Translations under genes and position numbers: made by a program
The notes under the pieces: generated by a model
The model's input: the letters and a program-made list of their open reading frames with translations, nothing else
What the model was told of the DNA's origin: nothing
Databases searched by the model: none
Shown: piece after piece, positions 6,538-16,033 of the stretch
Numbering within the stretch: position 1 is the stretch's first letter
Layout: each line of letters begins with the position of its first letter
NCBI GenBank assembly: GCA_036660635.1
Contig: JAVXAF010000001.1
Location: 17,857-81,856 of the forward strand
DNA: 64,000 nucleotides
Origin: Clostridia bacterium
GTDB lineage: Bacteria; Bacillota; Clostridia; TANB77; CAG-465
Direction: 5' to 3'

Positions 6538-9036
6538 TTGATAGAAAATTTATTTAATAAATTACATATAAAGACTAAGCCAGATAAAATACTTACTTAT
6601 ATACTATATACCACACTTGCAATAGTTTGCTTTTTTGCAGTTAGTAAAATACTTATATTTATACTTGGAGATTCAAGGCTTACTAAAGCAGTTTCACCAT
6701 ATATAATTTCATTGCTATTTTTAATACCTTATTTGGCTTATTCGTTTTTTGTGAATTCAGGAATTCCAAAAAATGATATGGATAGATTAAAAATGTATAT
6801 TTTTTCATATACAGGCTTAATAATTATACTTTATTATTTGATTTGTAATTGGACAAGTACTGCTGCGTGGTTATTAATAGAAAAAATACCAAATTATACT
6901 GCTGTAATAAAAATGTATCCTCAGTTATTTGCACCAGCTATAAAATCTATTGGAATATTATTTCCTTTTATACTTACATTCCAAGTAGCTGATTATTTTC
7001 TATTTATATTAAGAGATGATGATTATTCTAAAGCAATTGCTGGTTATACAGGACTATCTCTTGTAAAATCTACTAAAGATAAAGGTCCTTTTTCTTGTGA
7101 AACTGTAATTTGTACAGAAAAAGGAACATCTCTTCCTGTTATTGTTCCAGAGAGTAAGCGTTACGAAGCCACTCTTGTTCAAGGTGCTACTGGTACTGGT
7201 AAAACTGCAACTGTTCTTTTACCAATGAGTGCTCTAGATTTGGAGAGAAAATTTTTCTTTAGAGAATTTTCTAAAAAAATCGGATATTCAATGCTAAAAA
7301 AAGGAATCGCATATATGACTGGTCCTTTTAATAATGAATATGTAAATAAAACTTTCACTCTAAACTATTTAAAACCTAGACGTGGAATGGAAGAGCAATT
7401 TTTAAATTGCGTTAAGCCTATGGTTCAATATATTGATAATTCTAGTGGTAAAATAACATATAGAGATATTGGTATAACAGTAATTGAAAATGATGGTGAC
7501 TTTATTTCTAAGTTTATTGGTGTTGCTAATAATTTTGGTATTGATATTTTATCTATTGATCCTGCCGCACCAGAGACTACCCTTAGTATAAATCCATTTG
7601 CAATTCCAGATCCAGCAAAAGTTGCTTCAATTGTTGCCGATGTTTTAAATGCAATGTATGAGAGCACAGGTGGTGGAAAAGCTGGCGATCCATTCTTTAC
7701 TCAAGTAACAATAGATGCGTTCCAAAACTTATCTATACTTCTTAAAGAAATGTTTCCATTGTTGCATAATGGTGAGATTGCTAGTTTAGAAGATATGTTA
7801 GAACTACTTTACAATTTTGATGCTGTTGAAGAAATGACAGAAGAAATGAAGAAAGTTCCAGAATTAGAACAAAAATATAAACTATTAATTAGATACTTTG
7901 AGAAAAATTTCTATAAACCTTCTTTAAATATTAACGGATATGAAATCCCTGGTACTCGTGGTAGTGGTAGAAAAGATACTGAAAAATTTTTATATGGTGC
8001 TATTACTCAACTTAATAACCTAGTTAGACACCCAGGTCTAAAAGCTGCTCTTTGTGGTAAAACTAACATAATCGATTTTGATAAAGCTCTTGATAATGGA
8101 AATATTATTACTGCTTGTTCTAGAAAAGGTGAACTTGGTATTATTCAATCTAAAGCATTTGGTATGTTTTTCATATTGCAATTCCAAGATGCAGTACTTA
8201 GAAGAAAAGGTAATGAAAATTCTAGAACTCCTCATTTTCTATATATTGATGAATTTCCAGAATATATAACAAAAGATATGGAAGTTTTATTTACACTATT
8301 TAGAAAGTATAGATGTGGTGTTACAATAGCAATACAAAACTTATCTCAACTTGAAAAAAGTGGAAAAGATTATTATAGACAAGTTGTACTTGCAAATACA
8401 AAAACACAAATTGTATTTGGTGATACCGTACCAGAAGATAGTGAATACTGGGAAAAAGCTTTTGGAAAAGAGAAAAAGCCAGATGAAACTAATACTTTTG
8501 ATTTAACTGATGGTCAAATGACTAAAAAAACAACTATTAAGATGGAGAAAAAATTAAGAGCAGAATGGTTTAAAGTAGCTGAACAAGGATTTGGAGCTGT
8601 CTTTTTCAAAACGAAAAATTCCTATGGTAAAACTATATTTGGTCAAGGTAAAACATCTTTCTTAGATGGTAAATATATGGAAAAATCTGATTTGTTAATG
8701 TTTAACTTTGAAAAATATATGATGAGCAAACCAGATGAACCTACAATAACAATTAATGATAGTGACAAAGATAGTGACTCTGATAAACTATTTGGCGTAA
8801 ATACTTCTAGCAGATTAAATGAAGAATTAAATAACATTTCTTCAAAAAAAGAACCACCTGTGGCAAATGACGAAACATTTGTAAACACAGTACCAACTAA
8901 TACAATGCCAGATACAAATATAGATGACTTTGAAATTATATTCGATGATGAGCCAAACTTAGAAGATGCAAATGTAGATGGCGGTGCAATTACAGAAACA
9001 TATGAAACCTCAGCAATTAAAAGAAATAAAAAATAA
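6538..9036 (+). CDS. Membrane-anchored P-loop ATPase of the VirD4/TraG/TraD (type IV coupling protein-like) family; 4 predicted N-terminal TM helices, acidic C-terminal tail
   Basis: Walker A TLVQGATGTGKTATVLLPM, Walker B-like FLYIDEFPEY, and a hydrophobic N-terminal ~170 aa. TTG start. No relaxase, VirB4 or other T4SS genes nearby. Confidence 0.6.
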   Translation: MIENLFNKLHIKTKPDKILTYILYTTLAIVCFFAVSKILIFILGDSRLTKAVSPYIISLLFLIPYLAYSFFVNSGIPKNDMDRLKMYIFSYTGLIIILYYLICNWTSTAAWLLIEKIPNYTAVIKMYPQLFAPAIKSIGILFPFILTFQVADYFLFILRDDDYSKAIAGYTGLSLVKSTKDKGPFSCETVICTEKGTSLPVIVPESKRYEATLVQGATGTGKTATVLLPMSALDLERKFFFREFSKKIGYSMLKKGIAYMTGPFNNEYVNKTFTLNYLKPRRGMEEQFLNCVKPMVQYIDNSSGKITYRDIGITVIENDGDFISKFIGVANNFGIDILSIDPAAPETTLSINPFAIPDPAKVASIVADVLNAMYESTGGGKAGDPFFTQVTIDAFQNLSILLKEMFPLLHNGEIASLEDMLELLYNFDAVEEMTEEMKKVPELEQKYKLLIRYFEKNFYKPSLNINGYEIPGTRGSGRKDTEKFLYGAITQLNNLVRHPGLKAALCGKTNIIDFDKALDNGNIITACSRKGELGIIQSKAFGMFFILQFQDAVLRRKGNENSRTPHFLYIDEFPEYITKDMEVLFTLFRKYRCGVTIAIQNLSQLEKSGKDYYRQVVLANTKTQIVFGDTVPEDSEYWEKAFGKEKKPDETNTFDLTDGQMTKKTTIKMEKKLRAEWFKVAEQGFGAVFFKTKNSYGKTIFGQGKTSFLDGKYMEKSDLLMFNFEKYMMSKPDEPTITINDSDKDSDSDKLFGVNTSSRLNEELNNISSKKEPPVANDETFVNTVPTNTMPDTNIDDFEIIFDDEPNLEDANVDGGAITETYETSAIKRNKK

Positions 9037-9083
9037 ATATTAAATTATTATTACAATTTATTTTATACGGATAATCAGTACCA

Positions 9084-9120
9084 AAAAGACATATAGATCT
9101 AATCTATATGTCTTTTTTTG
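9084..9120 (+). terminator. Terminator of the VirD4-like gene
   Basis: aaagacatatagat-ctaat-ctatatgtcttt followed by tttttt. Confidence 0.6.
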
Positions 9121-9269
9121 TTCTATAATAAATGTTGAGGTGTAAAGTTAAATAACTTTGCACTTCAGCATCATTAAATTATTAGGAATTCAAGAGAAAT
9201 TAGTAAAAAATATTCAAAAAGATGAAAATTATATCAATCATTACATCATCTCCTTCACTTTGATTTACG

Positions 9270-9306
9270 TATAAAAATAGAGTATACCTATATGATACAC
9301 TCTATT
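9270..9306 (-). terminator. secA terminator
   Basis: Imperfect hairpin aatagagtatacc / ggtatactctatt (read on the minus strand) followed by a T-run. Confidence 0.45.
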
Positions 9307-9408
9307 CATTTTTGGTTTTATCATCAATTTTATTACTTATTACTTTTAAAGTTTCTAAATATTCTTTTTCTACAGGACTTATTGTTTTAACTTTTCCCTT
9401 ATTTTTTG

Positions 9409-12153
9409 CTACTTTCCACAGCATTGTTTATATTTTTTTCCCGAACCACATGGGCAAGGTTCATTTCTTCCAACTTTTTTTGCGACCTTAATAGGTTCTT
9501 TTTTACCTTCATTGGACCCAGATTCGTTTGTAGTGACATTTCTTATTGTAGTTGTTACATTACCTGTATTTTGTTCATCTTTCTTTCTAACTGCAAATAC
9601 GGCTTTAGTAGCATCTGCTTGAATTGAAGAGATTAGTTCTTCAAACATTTCAAAGCTCTCTATTTTATATGCTTCAATTGGATTAGTTTGACCATATGCT
9701 CTAAGTCCTATTCCATCTTTTAGTTGAGATATTGCATCTATATGATCCATCCATTTTTCATTTACTATATTTAATATTAAATGTCTTTCGATCATATTTA
9801 AAACATCTTCTTTTTTAAGATTTCTAAACTCTTCATGCCTCTTGTTATACACATTTTCAACTTTTTTTATTAATATTTCTTCAATTTCTTCACTATCAAC
9901 TACTTCAATTTCTTCTTTTCTTAGCATTTCTTCTTGTGAAAATAGATTTAAAAGTAAAGCATTTATAGTTGTAAAATCTACATCTTCAATTATTTCAGCT
10001 TTTGAAAAATACTCATCTACAATTTTTCGTATGCATGCATTTGAAAGATTAAATACAATCTTAGAAATATCTTGTGTATTTAAAACTTCTCTTCTTTGAC
10101 CATATATTAATTCTCTTTGCTTATTTATAACATCATCATATTCTAAAACTGATTTTCTTATTGAAAAATTTCGTCCTTCTACTTTACTTTGTGCACTTGA
10201 AATTGCATTACTAAGCATACCTTGTTCTATTGGAACATCTTCTGGTAAACCTAATCTTGCAACCATACTTGCCATTCTATCTGTTCCAAATAGTTTCATC
10301 AAGTCATCATCTAGTGCAATATAAAATCTTGTAGAGCCAGGGTCTCCTTGACGCCCAGCACGTCCTTTTAACTGATTATCTATTCTTCTTGATTCATGAC
10401 GTTCACTACCAATTATTCTCAGCCCACCAGCTTCAACAACTTTTTTTCTATCTTCTTCTAATACACTTTTAAATTTCTTTTCTATTTCTACAATATCTTG
10501 TTTTGCTTTTTTTACTTCTTCATTATTATAGTTTATTGGAGTAATAGCCATTTCAATAACTTCAGGTGTATATCCTTTTTTTGATAATTCTTCTTTTATA
10601 ATATACTCTAAGTTTCCACCTAGCATAATATCCGTTCCACGTCCTGCCATATTAGTTGCTATTGTTATAGCTTTATACTTTCCTGCTTGTGCAATTATTT
10701 CAGCTTCTTTTTCATGGAATTTAGCATTAAGCACCTTATGTGGTATATTCTCTTTTTTTAATAAAGCACTTATTATTTCTGATTTATCAATTGATACTGT
10801 ACCTACTAAAACTGGTTGACCTTTTGCATAACACTCTTTTACATCTTCAACTATTGCGATATATTTTGCTTTTTGAGTTTGATATACAACATCATTGAAA
10901 TCTGTTCTTTGAACATCTTTATTTGTTGGTATTTCCACAACATCAAGTTTATATATTCCTTTAAATTCATCTTCTTCTGTTTTGGCAGTACCTGTCATAC
11001 CCGCAAGTTTAGAATATAGTCTAAAATAGTTTTGAAAAGTAATTGTAGCAAGTGTCTGACTCTCAGATGCAATTTTTACATTTTCCTTTGCTTCTATTGC
11101 TTGATGAAGTCCATCACTATATCTTCTGCCTTGCATAACACGTCCTGTAAACTCGTCAACAATTAAAACTTCTCCATCTTTTACTATATAATCTTTATCT
11201 TTTGCCATTAGCCCATATGCTCTTAAAGCTTGATTAATATGGTGTGACATTGCTAAATTGTCTACATCTGAGAGTGAAGTTATTTCGAATTTTTCTTCTA
11301 CTTTTTTTGTTCCATTCTCAGTAAGTGCAACAGTATGAGCTTTTAGATCTACTATATAATCAAAATTTTCATCTGTCTCATCTACTTCTTTATCATTAGC
11401 CTCAACTATAACCTTTGCTTTTAAAGTTTTTGCTATCTTATTTGCTTTTTCATATAAATCAGTTTGCTTATCAATCATACCTGATATAATAAGAGGAGTA
11501 CGCGCCTCATCAATTAAAATAGAGTCTATTTCATCTACTATAGCATAATTTAGATCTCTTTGAGTCATAGAGTCTTTGCTCATAGCCATATTATCTCTTA
11601 AATAGTCAAAACCAAATTCATTGTTTGTACCGTATGTTATATCGGCAGCATATGCTTCTTTTTTTTGCTCAGGAGACATTCCTGATATTACAAGACCTAC
11701 ACTAAGTCCTAAAAATCTGTATAGCTTACCCATCCAAATACTATCTCTTTTAGCAAGATAATCATTTACTGTTACAACATGTACGCCTTTTCCTGATAGT
11801 GCATTTAGATATACAGGCAAAGTTGCAACTAGAGTTTTTCCTTCACCTGTTTTCATTTCAGCTATTCTACCTTGATGAAGAATAATTCCTCCAATCAATT
11901 GAACTCTAAAATGCTTCATAGATAGTACTCTACTACTTGCTTCAGCTACAACTGCATATGCTTCTGGCAAAATATCATCTAGAGTTTCTCCTGCTTCTAA
12001 TCTTTTTTTAAATTCATTTGTTTTATTTTTTAATTCCTCATCACTAAGGCATTTTATTTTTTCTTCAATTTGTTCTATTTTATCCACTACAGGTATAATT
12101 CTTTTTATTTCTCTTTTGCTATATGATCCAAATATTTTTTCTATAACACTCAT
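9409..12153 (-). CDS. secA: Preprotein translocase ATPase SecA
   Basis: 914 aa with the DEAD-like motor and a C-terminal zinc-binding tail CPCGSGKKYKQCCG. Confidence 0.97.
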   Translation of the reverse strand: MSVIEKIFGSYSKREIKRIIPVVDKIEQIEEKIKCLSDEELKNKTNEFKKRLEAGETLDDILPEAYAVVAEASSRVLSMKHFRVQLIGGIILHQGRIAEMKTGEGKTLVATLPVYLNALSGKGVHVVTVNDYLAKRDSIWMGKLYRFLGLSVGLVISGMSPEQKKEAYAADITYGTNNEFGFDYLRDNMAMSKDSMTQRDLNYAIVDEIDSILIDEARTPLIISGMIDKQTDLYEKANKIAKTLKAKVIVEANDKEVDETDENFDYIVDLKAHTVALTENGTKKVEEKFEITSLSDVDNLAMSHHINQALRAYGLMAKDKDYIVKDGEVLIVDEFTGRVMQGRRYSDGLHQAIEAKENVKIASESQTLATITFQNYFRLYSKLAGMTGTAKTEEDEFKGIYKLDVVEIPTNKDVQRTDFNDVVYQTQKAKYIAIVEDVKECYAKGQPVLVGTVSIDKSEIISALLKKENIPHKVLNAKFHEKEAEIIAQAGKYKAITIATNMAGRGTDIMLGGNLEYIIKEELSKKGYTPEVIEMAITPINYNNEEVKKAKQDIVEIEKKFKSVLEEDRKKVVEAGGLRIIGSERHESRRIDNQLKGRAGRQGDPGSTRFYIALDDDLMKLFGTDRMASMVARLGLPEDVPIEQGMLSNAISSAQSKVEGRNFSIRKSVLEYDDVINKQRELIYGQRREVLNTQDISKIVFNLSNACIRKIVDEYFSKAEIIEDVDFTTINALLLNLFSQEEMLRKEEIEVVDSEEIEEILIKKVENVYNKRHEEFRNLKKEDVLNMIERHLILNIVNEKWMDHIDAISQLKDGIGLRAYGQTNPIEAYKIESFEMFEELISSIQADATKAVFAVRKKDEQNTGNVTTTIRNVTTNESGSNEGKKEPIKVAKKVGRNEPCPCGSGKKYKQCCGK

Positions 12154-12412
12154 AACCTTACCTCATTTCAATTTTTTTGTTATTAACTTGTGGTATTATA
12201 TCACATATATCTAGAAAATAAAATAGTATAGTTGATTATTCGCAGTAAAAACGCATAAAATACATCTTTAAAATACTATTTGTTTTATTTTTAATATTAA
12301 TCTTAAATAAAGATTAATATTTACTAAACTATATTATATTTTCAGGCAAACTATTTTCATAATTTTATATTTATTGAATATACTCTACTAGATATAAGGT
12401 TAGGTGGATTAT

Positions 12413-12904
12413 ATGTTTGTTGTTAACTTTAAGTTAAATGTCAAAAAAATATTAATTGTTTGTGTACTTATTGCCTTGCTTGCAGCGGCAATTATTGAAA
12501 GTGGATCAATTAAAACAAGTAGTGTAAATACGAAAAATTCCGATAACTATGACTATGTTATGAATGATGAAAATTTTACAAAAGTATTAAAAGATATTCA
12601 TGAAAATATTGATATGAACTTAGGTAAAACAATCAAAATATCCGGTTTTATCTTTAAAATGCCAGATTTTAAAGATAGTTATTTTGTTTGTGGTAGAAAT
12701 ACCATTGTAAATAATGAAGATACTGTGGCGGGCTTTTTGTGTCAAAGTACTGAGTTAAATAAATTTAAAGAAAATGAATGGATAGAGCTTTCAGGTGTAA
12801 TTATTAAAGGTGAATATAATGGTAATATGCCAATCATAAAAGTTGGAAATATAAAAAAAATAAATACACCCTCAAATACTTTTATTAAAAATATAAATGA
12901 ATAG
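12413..12904 (+). CDS. Hypothetical membrane-anchored protein (signal-anchor N-terminus)
   Basis: The ATG at 12413 is preferred over the listed GTG at 12404 because AGGTGG lies 5 nt upstream. N-terminal TM helix ILIVCVLIALLAAAII. Confidence 0.5.
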   Translation: MFVVNFKLNVKKILIVCVLIALLAAAIIESGSIKTSSVNTKNSDNYDYVMNDENFTKVLKDIHENIDMNLGKTIKISGFIFKMPDFKDSYFVCGRNTIVNNEDTVAGFLCQSTELNKFKENEWIELSGVIIKGEYNGNMPIIKVGNIKKINTPSNTFIKNINE

Positions 12905-12959
12905 TTTTTTAAATCATACATTTTATATTATGCATAAGCAATTTAATTTACATAACAGG

Positions 12960-12988
12960 TTGACATCTATTTTGTTTCGTGCTATAAT
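12960..12988 (+). promoter_or_regulatory. Consensus sigma-A promoter TTGACA-17-TATAAT (orphan transcription unit 1)
   Basis: ttgaca tctattttgtttcgtgc tataat. Confidence 0.6.
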
Positions 12989-12995
12989 ATTTTCA

Positions 12996-13232
12996 AAGCA
13001 TTATATAAGCTTTGAAAAATTTTAAGGCTATGTAAAAATTTTATTAAAGCTTTAATGCAAAAAAATAAAGGAGGCATTGTATTTTTAGGATTTTTACCTA
13101 CTAAGCAAAGTCTAAAAATATCCTTATTCCGTAACATAAGGATACACATTTAGTTGGTTAAACGCTTGTGACAAAGTAAGTTTATCAAAAAGAAGCAGTA
13201 TGAAAATATTCATACTGCTTCTTTTTATACAT
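12996..13232 (+). ncRNA. Candidate small RNA / micro-ORF transcript 1 (~235 nt), promoter to terminator, no annotated gene
   Basis: Bounded by a perfect promoter and the terminator gaagcagtatgaaaatattcatactgcttc+ttttt. Contains internal hairpins (caaagc..gctttg; atcctta..taaggat), an aaggagg motif, and a possible 32-codon ORF MQKNKGGIVFLGFLPTKQSLKISLFRNIRIHI that lacks a good SD. Confidence 0.4.
13195..13232 (+). terminator. Terminator of unit 1
   Basis: gcagtatgaaaatattcatactgc stem followed by ttctttttat. Confidence 0.65.
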
Positions 13233-13306
13233 ATCAATTAATTTGTTTCAATTATTTATAAATTAACATATATGAATGATTTTAAAGTAATATTTTACAT
13301 AATATA

Positions 13307-13335
13307 TTGACTTTTATCAATTATTATTGTATAAT
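13307..13335 (+). promoter_or_regulatory. Consensus sigma-A promoter TTGACT-17-TATAAT (orphan unit 2)
   Basis: ttgact tttatcaattattattg tataat. Confidence 0.6.
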
Positions 13336-13341
13336 ATGCAC

Positions 13342-13536
13342 ATAGGATTTATTAAAACCCAAAATAATTTTTTGGCTATGCCTTAAATTTTTTGAGTTTC
13401 TTAAACCTAAATAAAATGGAGGTAATATTTTAACATGTTTCGGCACTATTTTACTATATATTATATATTAAAATAGTTTATAAAATTCTTATCCCATAAA
13501 GCAGTATGAATCTATTCATACTGCTTTTTGGCATCT
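13342..13536 (+). ncRNA. Candidate small RNA / micro-peptide transcript 2 (~190 nt) carrying a 13-codon ORF MFRHYFTIYYILK (13435..13476) with a GGAGG SD
   Basis: Promoter, then ggagg 12 nt upstream of the ATG, then a terminator aagcagtatgaatctattcatactgcttttt that is nearly identical to the unit-1 terminator. Confidence 0.4.
13500..13536 (+). terminator. Terminator of unit 2 (may also act bidirectionally for pilC)
   Basis: gcagtatgaatctattcatactgc followed by tttttgg. Confidence 0.6.
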
Positions 13537-13539
13537 TTT

Positions 13540-14871
13540 TTAAGGAATTTGTATAAATGATCCCATATATACATTGATAAGTGGTACCATTACAGTAATC
13601 ATAAAGAATATAAGTGCAATACCAACAAAAATATATGTTATATCTGGAAGCCACTTAACAAATTTAGCAATAGACTCATCTATTTCCATTACAATATATT
13701 CATTTACTTTTTCCATCATCTCGGCAAGATCTGTTTTCATTCCTATATCAATCATTTCTGTAACCATTGGTTTAAATAGCTTTTTTTCTTCAAATGGTAT
13801 CATCCAAGATCCACCTGATAAAGCGTTAACTTTACCTGCTTCAATTACAGATAAGAAATAGTAATTTTTAGTTACATTTTTTGAAATATCTAAACTTTCT
13901 TGTATTCTCATACCATTTTTTAAATTAAGCAACATAGCTTGAAAAAATTTACTAATTGTTATATTAATATTTAATGGTCCTATAACCGGTATTTTCATAA
14001 TAAGTCTATCAAAATTATATTTTCCTTTTGGTGTATTAATATATGCAAAAAATCCTAAAACTAATAAACCTATTGCTGCTACAACAAAATACCAATTTGC
14101 TACAAACCACTTTGCAATATTTAGACCAATCATAGTTGCAGCTGGTATTTTTTCATTAGAGTCAAACATATCATATACTGATTGTAAAAGTGGAACACCA
14201 ATAATAAGCGCTGCAAACATTGCGATTATAATTCCAAAAAATTGTAACAGTCTTGGAATTACTGCAGATGTAATTTTTTTTCTTAATTTTGTAGATGATT
14301 CTACATAATCTCTTGCGTAAAGTAATGCTGTATCTAGAGTTCCAGACTCTTCACCAACTTTTACGAAGTTTATATACATAGTTGGAAATACTCTGGGATA
14401 ATTTTCCATTACAGCGTACATTCTCTCACCTGATTGAACACCAATTAGTATATCCTCAATTACATTTTTAAAATATTTGTTTTCAGTACCATCATGCACA
14501 GCTTCTAAGGCTTGAATATTATTAAATTTAGCTTTTTTCAATATATATATATTATTTGAAAATATTATTAAATCTTTTGCGCTTACATAATTTATAAATG
14601 TAATCCCATTTTTTGCTAAATCTTTAAATTTCAGATTTTTAAAATTAATTTTACCACTTTCTTTAACTCTTTGCTTTTTGTCTTCTTTTATTAATTTTTC
14701 ATAATCTAGTCTTTTATATTTCTTTTTATTATCTTTCATTTTTTCTACAAAAATTGGTTGAGTGCCATCTTTTTTTAAACTATCAATGGCTAGTGACTTA
14801 TTTAATGCCATGATTCTTCCTCTACCTAATTTTCCATCTTGATATATAACTCTATATTTGTAACTTGGCAA
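13540..14871 (-). CDS. pilC: Type IV pilus assembly platform protein PilC (GspF family, two GspF repeats)
   Basis: 443-aa polytopic protein with the architecture and location typical of PilC/GspF. Confidence 0.85.
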   Translation of the reverse strand: MPSYKYRVIYQDGKLGRGRIMALNKSLAIDSLKKDGTQPIFVEKMKDNKKKYKRLDYEKLIKEDKKQRVKESGKINFKNLKFKDLAKNGITFINYVSAKDLIIFSNNIYILKKAKFNNIQALEAVHDGTENKYFKNVIEDILIGVQSGERMYAVMENYPRVFPTMYINFVKVGEESGTLDTALLYARDYVESSTKLRKKITSAVIPRLLQFFGIIIAMFAALIIGVPLLQSVYDMFDSNEKIPAATMIGLNIAKWFVANWYFVVAAIGLLVLGFFAYINTPKGKYNFDRLIMKIPVIGPLNINITISKFFQAMLLNLKNGMRIQESLDISKNVTKNYYFLSVIEAGKVNALSGGSWMIPFEEKKLFKPMVTEMIDIGMKTDLAEMMEKVNEYIVMEIDESIAKFVKWLPDITYIFVGIALIFFMITVMVPLINVYMGSFIQIP

Positions 14872-14891
14872 TTAAATCGCACCTCCTTTTA

Positions 14892-15992
14892 CTAGTCTGA
14901 TAAAGATCCACCCTCGCCTATTATAATACTTTTAATTATTTGAAATCTATCCGGATCTACATTAGCTTTTACTGTAGCTATATCTATAAGTCCTTTTAAA
15001 TATAAATCTGCAAATGAGTTTTCAAAGCTTAAACATCCCTTTTCTCTTTGACTATGAATAGTATCTTCTATATCTGAGACGTTAAACTTTTCTTGTCTCA
15101 TTTGAGCAGCTATTGTATTATTTACTAACATAACTTCTGGAACCATTAAAAGTTCACCTTTTGTGCTAACAACTAATTTTTGTGAAACTACCATTTTTAA
15201 CACTGAAGACACTGCATTTTTTATAGTTTGTTGATCTGAAGGAGAATACATACTTATTATTCTTTCTACTGTCTCACCACAAGAACGTGTATGTAATGTT
15301 CCAATAACAAGGCCACCTGACTCTGCAAGATCAATAGCAACATCCATAGTTTCTTTGTCTCTTATCTCTCCTAAAACAGCTATATCTGCGTCTTCTCTTA
15401 GTAGATTTATTAATCCATCATGGAAACTTACAACATCAGACTCAGCACCAATTTCTTTTTGTATAATTATTGATTTATCTGATACATGCTCATACTCAAC
15501 TGGATCTTCCAAAGTTACTATTTTTTTATTACTTTCTCTGTTTACCTCTTGAACAAATCCATTCATAGTTGTTGATTTACCAGAGTTTACTTTACCAGTA
15601 ACAAGTATAAGGCCATTTGAAATACTTTTCATTCTTTCAATTATTTGTCTAAGTCCCATACTATTTACATCAATATCTCCATTAGGTATTACCCTCATTG
15701 AAAATGTAGGTAGACCCTTAGTAAGTGATATGTTTATTCTAAATCTATGCTCAGAATATGTATATGAAAAGTCAATTTGTTTTTTTATTTTAAAGTTAGA
15801 ACTTAAGGCTGGAAACCTCTTATAGAAAAAGTTTAATATTTCTTCTAGTGAGATATCTGAGAGTGCAAGTCTAGTCTGATCAAAAAACAACTTTTTTTTC
15901 ACTCTAAAAACTGGAGTTTGTCCTGGTGCCAAATGAATATCTGTAGCTCCTAAACTTATTCCTTTATCAAGTATTGAATGTAATAGTTCCAT
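14892..15992 (-). CDS. pilT: Type IV pilus retraction ATPase PilT
   Basis: LVTGKVNSGKSTTM Walker A, GEIRD, and a ~366-aa PilT-size secretion ATPase. Confidence 0.85.
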   Translation of the reverse strand: MELLHSILDKGISLGATDIHLAPGQTPVFRVKKKLFFDQTRLALSDISLEEILNFFYKRFPALSSNFKIKKQIDFSYTYSEHRFRINISLTKGLPTFSMRVIPNGDIDVNSMGLRQIIERMKSISNGLILVTGKVNSGKSTTMNGFVQEVNRESNKKIVTLEDPVEYEHVSDKSIIIQKEIGAESDVVSFHDGLINLLREDADIAVLGEIRDKETMDVAIDLAESGGLVIGTLHTRSCGETVERIISMYSPSDQQTIKNAVSSVLKMVVSQKLVVSTKGELLMVPEVMLVNNTIAAQMRQEKFNVSDIEDTIHSQREKGCLSFENSFADLYLKGLIDIATVKANVDPDRFQIIKSIIIGEGGSLSD

Positions 15993-16033
15993 ATTTTTTC
16001 CCCTTATTTTAATTATATATTATTTTTATCATA

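Noticed and set aside
6538-9036. The VirD4-like gene as evidence of an integrated conjugative element
   Set aside because: No relaxase, VirB4, integrase/recombinase, replication or T4SS structural genes lie anywhere nearby, and the flanks are pth and secA. It is treated as an orphan ATPase rather than called a mobile element.
12404-12412. GTG start for the membrane protein at 12404, and GTG starts at 45555 (spoVAC) and 59615 (veg)
   Set aside because: In each case an ATG 3-9 nt downstream has a better-spaced SD, so the ATG is preferred.
12996-13232. Orphan unit 1 as 6S RNA, SRP RNA, tmRNA, RNase P or a T-box
   Set aside because: The length and ends do not form the closing helix of 6S RNA. 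No SRP domain IV motif, no T-box sequence and no tRNA-like end was visible, so it is left as an unclassified candidate.
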